Assembly: GCA_907165135.1 (NCBI GenBank)
Contig: OU015568.1
Location: 5,704,001 to 5,768,000, forward strand
Direction of reading: 5' to 3'
Source: Oikopleura dioica
Taxonomy: Eukaryota > Animalia > Chordata
DNA length: 64,000 nt
A program made the position numbers and the translations under genes. The notes beneath the pieces are model-generated. The model ran no database searches. It was given only the letters and a program-made list of their open reading frames with translations, and had not been told where the DNA came from. Of the stretch, positions 22,281 to 35,148 are shown piece by piece; the first letter of the stretch is position 1, and each line of letters opens with the position of its first letter.

Positions 22281-25183
22281 TAGATTTTTGAACTTAAAAT
22301 TATTAAAATAGATATGGAGAAAGCTCTTCGCGATTACATTTGAGCTTGGTCGGAAAGTTGAAGCTTGAGAGTCGTTGTTTTCGGTTTGATTTGAGAAGAT
22401 AGGCTCAGCCAAAATTTGAGCAGGCCCTGCTCAGTCGTGCTCATGCTCAGCCAAAAATTTTGATTTTTTTTAAACGCCGGTGGTCGGAGTTCTTGCCTAA
22501 TAGCGCGTGTTCGTCAGTATGGCTGCTTCCCTGCTGACAGTTTTTCAATCATCAAGAAAATTCACTTCACAAAATTGTAAAGTTGAATGACAAGAGTTCT
22601 TGTTGATAGCGAAAGGTTAAAATAATCGGCGCAAGTGACGGACAGGTTCCGAAAATTCAATCAAAGCGGCGAAATGTTTTTTGGCAACCAAGCGGCGAAT
22701 TTTTATCGCTTTTTTGCAAGTTTATTTATTTGTATTAGATCTTTATCTTTCTTTTACCAATGCTTTTTCAAGGGTTCTAAAATGAGTCACGTGATTTTTT
22801 AACTGAATAATACAGTCTGTTTTATACTGTTTTTATTTGCGGAAAAAGACAATACAGTCAATTGTCAATACTAGATGGTAATGGAAACTCCAGATTCTTG
22901 ACGTCAAAGATTTGGTTACCCATAATATTTGCTTCCGAAAGCGCCAGTTCCAGTGGAAACTATTGTTCTTTTTGATTTATAAGGGCAAAGGCGCTCAGAA
23001 TTTTTATAAAAAAGAAAGAATGAGTTTCAACGAGCTTTGTTTCGCTGATCTTACTGAGCTCAAGTAAGTTTACTACGAAAAAAGGGGTAGCCTTGTTCAT
23101 CCTCTTACTTTCTGCATGTGTCACCTTGTTCATCTTTCAGCCAGATAGCCTTTTTCGTGAATAAGTTCGCTAGATTTTGGCAAGGAAAAAAAAAGCTTCT
23201 CGACCAAGAATGAACAAGGGAACGCATGCAGGAAAAGAGAGGATGAACAAGGCCTCCACCTACTTAATTTTTTAGAGCATTGAAAAATCCGCCTGTTCTG
23301 GTAAAAGACATCTTGGAATGCGTTTCTGTGCTCGTTGGAAATCAAAGCCATGAATGGCGAGATATGTAAGACGTACCATTTCTATATTTCTTCAATTTTA
23401 TTTAGCAAGAAAATGCTGGCGAATCCGAAATTGCTGAATGAAATCGGAGCGATTGAAAATGATGTTCTGATAACAAGATGCGAGAAGATTCGGGGAAAGA
23501 GCTTCAACATCGTTAGAATTTTTCAAATGGATTGATATTGAGAAATTCTTCTTTTAGGAGAATGTGATGAAAGTGAGCAAAGCAAGTGTTTCGTTTGCCA
23601 AATGGGTCAATTTTGTTCAATCTCTCTGATGTAATAAAATTCGAATGAATTAATTTTTAATGCTTGTATTTGAATAATCTGTTTTCAAATTCTAGATTTT
23701 GACGGGCTTGTTAGCTAAGCTTAGAAAGAAATCTTGGCTTGGCTGGGTAGCGGCTTTTCTGAAAACGAAGCCGCAAAGCGACTTTCTATTAGAGCTCTTA
23801 TTTTCCTGACTCAGGTTTTCTACACTGGTTGCCAAGCCAAGGTAGTTACCCCAAACTTCCGTTAATTGCTATAACTGATGATTTTAAAAAATAAAATGGT
23901 TAAAATATTTGAATTTCAAATTTCTTTTCAAAAGAAAAAAAGAAAATTTCCTGTTCATCTGTTTCCCTTCCCGAAAATCTACCACACCAATGTTCTTAGC
24001 GTCGCATCTGTCAACAAACGCTACCAGCCCCTAATTCAAAAAAGCGGCACCACCATTTCTGCCACATGGCGTAAAAAAATACTCCAACTCGGCCGTTGCC
24101 AGCGCGTCAAGCCCGAGTAATTGGCCGAGTCGGGGCTCCGCGTCGAATTGAAGCGCGCCAGCATTGCTGACTCACCTGACGCAGCCAAAAATCCAGCCGC
24201 TTTCATTGAGCACCAGAACGTTTCCCAACGTTGAAGTGGCAGACGATAAAACTTGCAAAAAAGAAAAACAAAAGAGAGAAATAACCAATAAAAAGAGGAG
24301 TTTCTGTTCAACCACTTTTTTCGCCGATTTTGTTATTACCGTTGTCGCTCGTTTAAAATCGCTAATTAGTAATTACTCCCGAAAAGACCGAAATTAAGGG
24401 TTTCCAGATGGACTATTAAAATTTTATTACTATGAGTTTTTCAACAATAAAAAAAACACAAATTTTACTAATAAAATTAAACGGCTTAGAAATTATAAAA
24501 ATAAAGAAAATTAATTAAATCAGAATTTTTTTGAATAAAAATCTTTTGAATCGAAAAGTCGCTTGCTTGAACCCACAGGCGAGTTTATGATTAAGAATTT
24601 TATTCAAAATGATTCTGTTTTGTTTAATTAAATTTCTTTATTTTAATTATTTCCACAAAGTTAAACCCCTTAACCTTCCCCAAATGAACTTTTAGTGCTC
24701 CTTATCCTCCCCCACTGCCAGAAAATTGGCCCAATTTCAATCACCTCCACCACCTCATATTTTTTTCGCCGTTTCTGTCACAGCATCGGGCCCTAGAGGC
24801 ATGATGATGTGGCGGTTCCCGGCCAACGCGATTACGCTTTCGCTTTTTTCCTACAGTCTATTTTTTCAAGAGAAAACGGATTTTTTTTCACGAGACGGTT
24901 GACTTTTTCTTTTTGTTTGCTGAGAAAATTGAATTGAAAAATTTTGGCTTTGATTTTCGATTTTTTTTGGTCGAAAAATTGAAAAGCCGCTTGCGGCTTT
25001 AATCTGAAGATAAAGAAGAGCCGCTTTTCGCGTGGCTAACAATTATTTTGATTCAAAGCCGCAAGCGGCTTCTCGATTTTTAGACAAATAAATCCAAAAT
25101 CGAAACCAAAATTTCTCAACTCAATTTTTTTCCTTGTATTTTTACTTATTTTATTAGAATTAAATTTTCCTTTTCTTTTCAGA

Positions 25184-27173
25184 ATGAAATTTCTCTCCCT
25201 GATCGCCCTCTTGGGCGTTCGAGCCGAATTCGAGAAGGAAGACGGCGTCATCGTCGGTGGCGCTGACAACTTCGACGAGATCATCAAGGCTTCCAACCAC
25301 GTTTTGGTCGAGTTCTACGCCCCGTGGTGCGGACACTGCAAGGCCCTCACCCCAGAGTACGCCAAGGCGGCCGAGCAGCTCGAGAAGGACGGTTCTGACA
25401 TTCTCCTCGTCAAGGTCGATGCCACCGTCCACGGTGAACTCGCCAAGGAATTCGGTGTTGGCGGCTACCCAACTCTCAAATGGTTCAAGGTAATTTCAAA
25501 ACCTGTCAAATATAATTTTGGCCAATTAGGGTCCTAATTAGCGAAAGAATTTTCAAATCAACAACAAAAAAAGCCGCTATTCGCGCGGCGAAGTCCCTTT
25601 TCTTCTACAAAAATAGTTGGAAACTGCGAAGCTGCTTGCGGCTTCGATTGTAAAGAACGGAAAAGCCGCGCTTCGCGCGGCTAGAGCTTTCTTTAACTCG
25701 AAGCCGCAAGCGGCTTCTTGGTTTCAACTATTTCTGTAGAAGAAAAGAGAACTAGCCGCGATAATATCGGCTTTTCTGCCTCAAAAATGAACTCAATTCT
25801 AACTAAAAATTCAGGGATCTGACCGAGCTGCTCCAGTCGACTACAAAGGTGGCCGAAAAGCCGACGAGATCGTCTCCTGGGTTGTCAAGAAGTCCGGTCC
25901 ACCAGCCGTCCCCGTCAACGGAGCCGAAGCCGCCGAGAAGTTCCGAGATGACAACGAAGTCGCTGTTGTTGGTTTCGTCGCTGCTGACGATGCTGTTTTC
26001 AACGCCGCCGGTGATTCCTTCGACGATGTTCCATTCGGTATCCTCGACGCTGATGCTGCCAAGGCTCTCGACGTTGCTGAAGGCAAGATCGCTCTCCTCA
26101 AGCAGTTCGACGACAAGCGCGCTGACTTCACCGGAGCCACCAAGGAAGATTTGATCAAGTTCGTCGGCACCGAGCAGCTCGCCCTCGTCAACGAGTTCTC
26201 CGACAAGACCGCCCCCAAGATCTTCGGTGGTGATCTCAAGCAGCACAACCTCCTCTTCGCCGCCAAGAGCGCCGCCAACTACGACACCATCATCGCCGAC
26301 TTCACCGATGCCGCCAAGGAGTTCAAGGGCAAGCTCCTTTTCGTCCTCGTCGACTGCGACGTCGAAGACAACAAGCGAGTCATGGAGTTCTTCGGCATCA
26401 CCGAGGAGAACTGCCCATCCATGCGAGTCATCAACATGGAGAAGAACATGGCCAAGTACGCCCCAGAATCCGATGATATGTCCGCCGCCGCTGTCAAGGC
26501 CTTCGTCAACGGTGTCCTCGATGGATCCGTTCAGCGACACCTTAAGGTAATCATTGAAAAAGCCTTGGCTCAATTCTAACGCTTGTATTTTCAGTCCGAA
26601 GACATCCCAGACAACTCCAACAACGCCGTCAAGGTCGTCGTCGGCAAGAACTTCAACGACCTCGTCCTCGACCCCACCAAGAACGTCTTCGTCGAATTCT
26701 ACGCCCCATGGTGCGGACACTGCAAATCCCTCGCCCCAGTCTGGGAAGAGCTCGGTGAGAAATACAAGGTAAGCTTCTTTCATCTCTGACTGTACTTAAC
26801 TTGCTTTTAGGACCACGCCAACATCGTTATCGCCAAGTCTGACGCCACCGCCAACGAATTCGAAGATGTCGAGGTCCAAGGTAAGATTCGTACTTGAAGG
26901 TATCAGAGGATAAAAATGATTTCAGGATTCCCCACCATCAAATTCTTCCCAGCTGGTGAAGGCGCCGAGATGCAGGACTACAACGGTGGACGAACTCTTG
27001 ATGACTTCGTCAAGTTCCTCGAGCCCGTAAGTTGAAACATAAAATTGAAAGTCTTCCTTGATTTCTTTTATCATTCAATGAAGACCCTCTCTCCTTTCCC
27101 TTCTTTTCTTTCTAACATTTCCTTTCAGGAAGCCGCTTCTGACGATGCTGCCGACGCCAAGGACGAATTGTAA
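25184..27173 (+). CDS. P4HB: Protein disulfide isomerase (a-b-b'-a', ER-retained)
   Basis: Exons 25184-25489, 25815-26546, 26595-26768, 26811-26880, 26926-27026, 27129-27173, all GT-AG. Signal peptide, two [10 protein letters not shown] sites, C-terminal KDEL and strong C-ending codon bias. Confidence 0.96.
25570..25780. repeat. AAGCCGC/GCGGCTT multi-palindrome element in PDI intron 1
   Basis: gaagctgcttgcggcttcg ... aagccgcgcttcgcgcggct ... cgaagccgcaagcggcttc within long inverted arms. Confidence 0.75.
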
Positions 27174-27716
27174 TTTCGTTTCATCGTCAACCTCCAAACA
27201 CTTATTCACTTTCAAACCCAACTTAGCTAAATTATCATTATTTGTGTCTAACCCTGCCCTCGTTAGTCCGATTAATTCATTTGTCGGTCGACAATTCAAA
27301 GTTAGCTAAAAATTTAATAATATTTACGAATAATTCCTTCTTCCAACTTCCGATTCTGTCAAATCAATCGACCAAAAAGTCGATTGAAAGAAAAAAGTCC
27401 TGGGCAATTGATAGTTTTTGAAATTTTCAATTGTCCAAGATTTGAGAAAACTACTCGTCCCTCGTAAAATCCCGGCGTGAATGCAATATTTTAATAATTT
27501 CGCGATTATCCCTTTTCCTTTTCGTTTTTTCTGTGCCCTTCCGAAATTCAACTGAAAGGAAACCAAAAATGGCGGCCAATAAATGGCAGTCTGTGAAAAT
27601 AATATTGAAAATAATAAAAATAGCAATACCAACAACACAAAATCGAATGTCTATTTTCTTGCAGGATATAATTATATTATTATGTTACTATACAAAGCTG
27701 TTTATTTGTATGAAAA

Positions 27717-29700
27717 TCAGTTGCGAACTTCAAGTACATCACCATTTCTGACATCTTTTTGACATTCTGGACATCTTCTTTTTTGTCTTAGCGAATTTTC
27801 AATACAACTTCGCCCAAACAAATGACCGCATCCTTTCAAAACCACAGGTTGATGAACTCCAGGTTTAAACTCCCTAAAAACTGTCAAAAAACATTCATTT
27901 GAGGGCGAATACTCGACGCAGATTCGACAGTTGAACTTGTCAACGATAAGCTCAAGATACTGAAGATTCTTCTCCAGTTCCTCGACGTTCTCTATTTTAT
28001 ATTCTTCCAATTGTTTCTTCAGCAGTGTTTGAAAAAGCCTGAGAATCGAATGGTCGGACGAGCGCGGGTGCGAAGGGTCCGATTTTTGGAAGGGCGGATG
28101 GGAGCGGGCATGAAAAGGCCAGATTTTGGGATGGGCGGATGTGCGCGGGCATCGTCCCGCGCCCGCCCGCTCACCCTCCCGGGGCGCTGAATTCTACTCA
28201 AAGAAAACAAACCGAAAGACACGTAAAAACAACCAAAACCGGAGACCAAAACAGAGTTGGAAATTAAGTATTGGTATTATTAACGCCGGAACGCATATCG
28301 ACCCATTTTTGGGCAAGGCGCTGAAACATGCCTTCAGAAATCATCATTTTCTAGTGCTTAAACAACAGATGAGAGTTATCATATGTATCTATTCTTGAAA
28401 ATTATTGTTTGAAGATCATACTTATGATAAAATTTGGGTTGATATAAGCATAAAAACGGGTCTACGGCATCTTACCCAAAAATGGGTCGATATGTGTTCC
28501 GGGAAAGAACCATTTCATGCGTTCCAGCGTTAAGTGGTGTATTCTGGTGGTAGTAATGGCAGTATGTAGAAGCAACATGTTACAACATTTCCAACTCTGG
28601 AGCAAAAACCCCCACCGAGCAACTAAGAAAACGGACGTAATCTACACAAAAAAGGGACTTATTTTACATAGAATATGGACTTATTTTACACATAAACGAT
28701 TTTCTTTATTTCTGTGTAAAATAAGTCCCAATTTTATGTAGAATAAGTCCTTGTTCTGTGTAAAATGAGTCCGTTTAACTTGATAATACCCGGTCCGATC
28801 ACATGCACTCACGGGCAAGGGGCGAGCATGGGAGGAGGGCGGGCGAGCGGGGGCGCATGAGCGGTACGTGCGCGTGCGAGCAGTATGAGGCTTGATTTTT
28901 TGATGGGCGGATGGGCGGGGGCAAAATTTGTCAGAATTTTAGGTGGTCGGATGGACGAGCGCGCCCGCCCGCGCCCCGCTCGCCCGCTCGCAGCCCGCGC
29001 ACATTCTTTTTCAAACACTGTTCTTCAGTTCTACGTTTTCTTCGGTTACAAGCAAGAGCTCAGTCGTTTTCATGTCGATTTTTCTGCTTTGATCGTCGAT
29101 TTTTGCTTGAAATCATCTAGTTTTTGGAATTCGCTTCTTCCAAATTCGATAGTCTTTTATTTTCTGAAATTCTCTCTCGATTTTTCAGGCGCAAATCGTC
29201 AAGTTCAGCTTGCTGCTCGATCAACTTTTCTCGAAGTTCTTCGTGAATATTTTCATAATGAAGTTCTACTGCAGGCTGGATGGGCGTTTCGCCACATTTT
29301 TTGCAGAAAGCTGATTCATTTGAATATTTTTGTTTTCGGAAATTTTCATTTTCGTGCTCGAGGGATGCATTTTTCTGCGAAAGATCAGAATTTTGAGCTT
29401 TCAATTGCTTGTTGATGTCACTTGATTTACTCAGCTCAAGTTGAAGCTGTCTCTCTTTTGCTTGAAGTTGCTGATTTTCATGTTTTAGTTTTCCAATCAG
29501 GATTTTCAGGTCGGCAATAATGGCAGCTTGAGAGTCCTGTTGCACATTTGTGGAATAATAACTTGGTGATATCGTGTTGACAGAAGCTGGCTGAGTAGAG
29601 TAGACTTCATATGGGATAGGTGCAGACACAGATTGCGCTCTTGAAGTCGGATTTTCTGATTCGGTAAAGCATGTGCAATTTATTTCTGGGCATTCAAACA
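27717..29700 (-). CDS. Coiled-coil plus C-terminal C3HGC3 RING protein (probable E3 ligase), interrupted by a hAT element
   Basis: CRIC...CGHLFGRSC...CPEC at 27717-28010, with a long coiled coil in the 29117-29947 ORF. The frame is restored (ENVELKKQLEEY) when 28023-29020 plus one TSD is removed. The 5' boundary is uncertain. Confidence 0.6.
28023..29020. mobile_element. hAT-like non-autonomous element (998 bp) with nested inverted repeat
   Basis: Perfect 15-bp TIR CAGTGTTTGAAAAAG and perfect 8-bp TSD TTCTTCAG (28015-28022, 29021-29028). GC-rich subterminal GGGCGG arrays and a nested IR at ~28286-28502. Confidence 0.9.
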
Positions 29701-30409
29701 CATCCCAGCTGATATTCTGACAATGAATATGATTGAATGGTATCTCTACGAAAACCCAAAAGTCATCGAAGAGAAAGTCCAGTGGCTCTCTTTTCCATAA
29801 GAACAGATAATGAAAATAGCCGAAAACAATCCAAAGAAGGCAGAAAAATGTCCAATAAAGTCCATCCGCCAGAGTACTAGAAATAAGAAATATTCCACTT
29901 TTCTTTTGATAGAAAATTTTGACTTCGATTATCTGATTGACTATCAATTCTGAACCTCCCAGAAAAACGTCGTCAAAAATACAGAAAATCCGTAAAACGC
30001 GAGACAGCTTCTTGCATGGCTATTTGTGTCATAGTCATCGACGATGGTAAAAGTCGCATCACAAATTTTTAAAAGCATGAAAAACCAATAAAAAAGATAC
30101 CATATAAAATGAATTGTGAAAAAATAAACCATCGTACAAAAAACAAACGAGACATGAATAGGCGCATAAAGAAGCCAAAAACAAAGTTCAAGAAAAGCCC
30201 ACATTTTTTCAGTTGATTTTAATCTCTCTGGACAGAGAAATATTGACACCAACAACTTCCATTTGCATGTATTTTCGTTTCGGGGAGACGTTATCACGGG
30301 GAAAACAAATAACTCTGTAGGAAGGCATTTTCCTCAGTAACCTATAGCTTACATTCGATTCGATAAACAAGCAGTTAAAAAAAGTCGGTTATTTATTTTC
30401 GTTTCAAGA

Positions 30410-31646
30410 CTAGAGTTTTCTCATAATAATCAAGAACAGAATCAGAGCGAGGAGAATCTTCCAGTTGAGGAGATGCGAGTCAGGCACTTCAAAGTACGGT
30501 GGAAGAATGTTCATGAACCACAGAGTCGCCAAAGCGATGATGATGATCAATCGCAGCACGATTGAAATTGTCTGCTTCCTCACCATCGCCTAATAAAAAC
30601 CAATCAATAAAGGTGTTCGAAGCAAAATGGCACCTTGTAGTTGACATTCTCTGCCAGCTCAGCGATCACTCCCCCGAGGCGATTTTTATGTGGAAGCGGG
30701 CAGGAAGGAACTGGTTTTTCAAGAAACTTGCAAATCGGTTCCCAGCCATCTTCGATCTTCCAAATCAACAGTTGGTCCTTTGGGCAAGTATTCATCACGT
30801 ACATATTGTGCATTCTACGGAGAAGATATTGATGATGTTTGGAAGGAAGGAAAACCTGTATTTGAGGCGATGAATGTCCATATTTTCGCCGACAAAGTCG
30901 CGCGATTCTGGGCCGAGCAGAAGCGGGCGAATCCAGTCCATGTAAAGACCCATCGCTCGGGATGAATGATTGAAGACCCAACTGTAGATGCCGCGGTGGA
31001 GCCTCCACCAGGACATTTCTTTGAAAGTATCTCGCTCCACCTTAAGGGCATCACCTCATTAAACAACCGAAAGCACAAGCAGTACCTGAAGATGTTTGTG
31101 AACAGAATTCGCCCAGGCGTCTTCGTCCCTGATCGCCAAAATCACTAGAAAATGGCTTAAAATTGACCTTCATCAATGATTTTTTGCACCCTTAGCATTC
31201 GGAAATTGCTTCAAAATCTGTTCCCAATAAGCATTGTGCGGCAAATCGACGCACGCCGTGTAGCCATCCTTATTTCCCGGTCCAAAGAGCTTCATCAGAA
31301 CGCTATTTGGATCCTTGCCATTTGCAATTTTCTCCCAATCCTGCCAGTGGCGATAAACGGCCTCGGGCGCGTCGCAAACTTTGTACCCTAATTGCTGAAA
31401 AAACACATTTTCCGAAGATCTTTTCCCAACTTACAGTCAGCATAGCATTCATACTCTTCGTTCCAGTCTTACAGTAGCCCGCATTGATCACCTGTAGCCC
31501 AGGATTGGGACCACATTCTCCTGGGCTCGGCAACCTGTGCAGAAAACCTGAGTCAGGGTTTGAAGTATCTCTTTTTCCATGAGATTCTCCAAACCCTGAC
31601 TCAGGTTTTCTACACAGGTTTCTGAGCCCAGACATTCTCTATCCAT
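30410..31646 (-). CDS. P-loop sulfotransferase (Sulfotransfer_4-like) with two C-terminal TM helices
   Basis: VINAGYCKTGTKSM (PAPS-binding loop), LGYKVCD, ACVDLP, VILVIRD..W, GWEPICKFL..PVP..P.PHKN. Tail IVLRLIIIIALATLWF...KILLALILFLIIMRKL*. Confidence 0.75.
31521..31631. mobile_element. CTGGGCTC-TIR MITE forming the first intron of the sulfotransferase (Introner-like)
   Basis: ~38-bp TIRs and perfect 8-bp TSD ACATTCTC (31513-31520, 31632-31639). Confidence 0.9.
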
Positions 31647-31924
31647 CTCTTATCTTTTGGAAAAATGCTGACTCGGTAGAAAAAGAATTTGACAATTATG
31701 AAGTCGATCGATTGGAAATAAATAAAAATAAAAGTCGTAAAAAATGTTGATATCAAATCCAGGGGTGGTCTCACGTGCCTTTTTAAAACTAACTAAGGGT
31801 GAAAGCGAAACTATTTGGAACCGGAAGGCATTGGTTTTTATGGCGCCATCGATCATTTTCTAGTTCTGATGCCATGCTTTTTCTGATAAAACAGGGGGCA
31901 CCGATTTCAAGTGTCAACTCTGGC

Positions 31925-32076
31925 GGTGGTGTCAAGAATCGACAAAAATTTCGACTAATTTTGCGTGGGAATTTTCGACTAACTTGAGGCCTTGATTCGG
32001 CTAACCAGCCAATCAGCAGTCGAGTAGCCGCCCACGCAAAATTTGTCGAATTTTTTTGTCGGTCCCTGACGCCACC
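31925..32076. repeat. Palindromic MITE-like repeat, second copy at 33525-33672
   Basis: gaatcgacaaaaatttcgac...gtcgaatttttttgtcgg arms with the shared core ccaatcagcag(t/c)cgagtagccgcccacgcaaaa. Confidence 0.65.
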
Positions 32077-32086
32077 CCCAATTTTG

Positions 32087-32270
32087 GGGTCGGAAAACTG
32101 TGTAGAAAACCTGAGTCAGGTTTTTGAAAGAGTTTTGGTAAAACCCGCGTAGCGGCTTTTTTTAAGAACAAAGCCGCGAAAAGGTTTCGCCAAAATAATC
32201 TGCAACGCGGCTTCTATATAAGCTTTTTCAGAGACCTGACTCAGGTTTTCTACATTTGTTTCCAAGCTTA
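32087..32270. mobile_element. Degenerate CTGGGCTC-family MITE (intergenic)
   Basis: ctgtgtagaaaacctgagtcagg ... cctgactcaggttttctaca. Further copies at ~23730-23842, 42700-42935, 49670-49760 and 53831-54010. Confidence 0.7.
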
Positions 32271-35148
32271 TTTTTGATGAGCAGAAGCATCAAAAGTTCG
32301 CGGAACTCGCGGAACAAAAAACAGTTAGCAGTTGATTATAAATTCCATCTGAGAGCTTGGCAGAGCAGAGAGACGTCAGTATAATTAACAAAAAGTGGCA
32401 ATGAGGTTTCATCCTTCATTTTCTTTTCTTTCGACATTGAGATCGATTCTGTCGTTGTGAAATTGGACGAGGCAAATCTTTGCAGCTAAGTGTCCCACCT
32501 TTCAGAAACATCGATTTTTCGCCATTCTTTTTATCCAGCTTTATCTTTCTCATTTTATCAGACATTTGAAACCGTAATTATTTTACATTTTTCGAAGAAA
32601 AAAATAAGAAGAAAAATGATTTGAAACGAGCGATTGGACAGAAATCTTCATCAACTTGATGGTTTGCTAAAATGTAATTACCGCGAGAATGATATCAAAA
32701 AATCGCCTCAATATATAAAACATTATAAAATAGCTAATCTTTTAAAAATTTCCCTATCTAACGGATTTTCAAGCAACTTGCTCGTTTCGGGCAAAAATTT
32801 AAGAAAAATCAGTTAAAAAGGGGACCATTTTGAAAAAGATTTCATCCGTTAATATGGTTACTTTCAAAGAAAAGCTGTCCATTAATATAGGGACTAACTC
32901 ATCATTTGTAGAGGCATGTTAACGGATGAAATATATTGGTCCCCTATTTAACGGACTTTCTTAAATTTTGCCCGTAACCAATATGTTTCTTGAAAATCCG
33001 TTAAATAGGAGACCTTTTAGAGGAATACTCAACCCGTTAAGTTGGGGACATTTTTCAAGTTTTTTCTCCCTATTTTTAATTTGAAGTCAGAACTTTCGAG
33101 AATCAGCGCAGAAATAAATAAAAAAAAAGCTCAGCAATGGGTATGAAAATTGAAACAAGTGCGACTGCGTGAATAAATTAAAATAATAGCCTTATCGTCA
33201 GGTGTCAGTGGACTTGAGAGCTTACTGTCGCATGTAAATCGCTTATCCTTTTCCCTCAGCGCGGCAGTTCTCCTCGGATTTCGACAAATCCCGGCCGCAA
33301 CTAGGCCGTGTTTTCACAACATTCTCATTTACTCCTCCTTTTTTTTCTGAACAGGCAATTTGGAGAAGTGAAGAGTCTCTTTTTATAGTCTGGGATAAAC
33401 TGACTTAGAGAAAACGAATTCCACTTCAATTTGAGATTTCAACAAAGTAAGTTCTTTATAAAAAATAAAATAAATAAGGGGGTACCCATTTTAACGGACC
33501 AACTTCACTCCGGTTTTAAGGAGAGGTCTCTGGAATCGACAAAAAATTTCGACAAATTTCGCGTGGAAATTTTCAACCAATCAGAAGCCTGGATTAGGCA
33601 AATTGGCCAATCAGCAGCCGAGTAGCCGCCCACGCAAAATTTTTCGAAATTTTTTTGTCGGTTCCAGACACCATCCCGGTTTTAAGGGTGTAAACGGCTA
33701 ACCAGCCGGTCAAAATCCCGTTAAAATGATAACTGCCTCCCTCGGGTCAAATAAACAAAGGTTTCAGTCGACCGGTAAGCCGATGACACCCTTAAGATTT
33801 AATTTTGCGTCATTGGAAGATAAAAAACACTTTTTTAGACAGTTTTTGTGAAATAATTGATGATTACGCGTCGTTGTTGTTTGCGGCTAAATTAAAATCA
33901 GTTCTCATTTAGTGTTTGTTCTGTGGATTAAATAATTAAAAGCTGTCTGACCGCGAAGAAGAGCAGCAGAAAGTAGAAAAATGGTTCACAGAGCTGTGAG
34001 CGCGATGTCGTTTGATTTTTTAATCACTTTGTACCCGTAGCCAGAGCTATCGATCCCGCAGAGATTGATGCAGCTACACCGCCGTCCCCCAAAAGACATA
34101 CGGCCACACCTGAACAAGAGTTGCACACACAAAAAACAACAAAAAGTTGAATTGTTGAAAAACGTTTTTTCATTGACCTTCTGAATTTCAGAATCTGAAA
34201 GACTTAAAAAACAGAGAGCCTGTGAAAGAAAATTGAAGACATAGAAGACTACCTACGTAAGAAAGCATTTCTCATAAGGGGGTACCATTTTAACGGAGAA
34301 TTTCTTTAAGGGTGCGTCTTTTTAACGGATTTATGACTCATCATAAAGCCATTCTATTTAACGGATTTTCCCTGTATCAAGCCCAGGGCTTACAAATCCG
34401 TTGAAATTAATGATGAGTCATCGATCCGTTAAGATGTCGACACCCTTAAGAAATTCACCGTAAAATTAAACTTGTAATTTTTTAGAAATAATGACCAGAA
34501 AAATAATATTTATGAAAATTTTTTTAACAAAAAAAATGACAATGAAAATAAGGGTGTCACTTTGAAAGAATAAATGTTATTCTTATGCTTGAAAAACGAC
34601 TGTAAGATTCAGTATTGGGTTAATTAATTAAGCTTGGTTGGCGACATTTTCTTCGAGAAAAATTGGCTTCTTGATTATTTCATCCGACAGATATTGGTTC
34701 AATTAGGATTTGCCAAAAAAGTCATCATCAAATGCGGCAATTGATGATTGAATTCGAAAAGTCAATTTTTCAATATCGTTTTTTTCCGAATCGTCTGAAT
34801 CGTCTGAATCGCATCAATTATGCAGCGATGCTCTTCTGAGTGCTCAATTTATTTGATTTCTTTTTCGATTGTTTTTGGAGAGAATGGACATTTCCGCGCC
34901 GAATAGCATCAATTTCCAATTCGACCTCTCGATCGGAGGTTCACTCAAAATCGCAATAATATTAATTATGCAGCCACGGGAAAAGAAGAGAGCTACTCAA
35001 ATATGGAGAATGAATTACGTAGTCCCACTCGAAAAATCACAAATAATTCATTTGATTAAAAGCTTTTAACAAGTGCTTTTCCGTTCAATATTCAACGCAG
35101 AAAACCAGGCTTTATTTCAATTTTATTCTATGAACACAGTATCCTTAA

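Noticed and set aside
24731-24749. ER stress element (CCAAT-N9-CCACG) for PDI
   Set aside because: CCAAT is present but the sequence 9 nt later is CTCCA, not CCACG.
24780-24850. Box C/D snoRNA or Pol III RNA upstream of PDI (ATGATGA ... TTTTTT)
   Set aside because: No D box (CTGA) or terminal stem and no recognisable RNA family match.
25803-26783. 326-aa minus-strand ORF and other antisense or overlapping ORFs over PDI
   Set aside because: These are shadows of the strong C-ending codon bias of PDI, which suppresses antisense stops. They show no independent protein features.
31303-31635. ORF-track N-terminus MSGLRNLCRKPESG...PDSGFLHRLPSP as real protein
   Set aside because: It is a translation of the MITE TIRs. 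The same peptide appears wherever the family is read through, e.g. 61600-61893 and 60233-60598.
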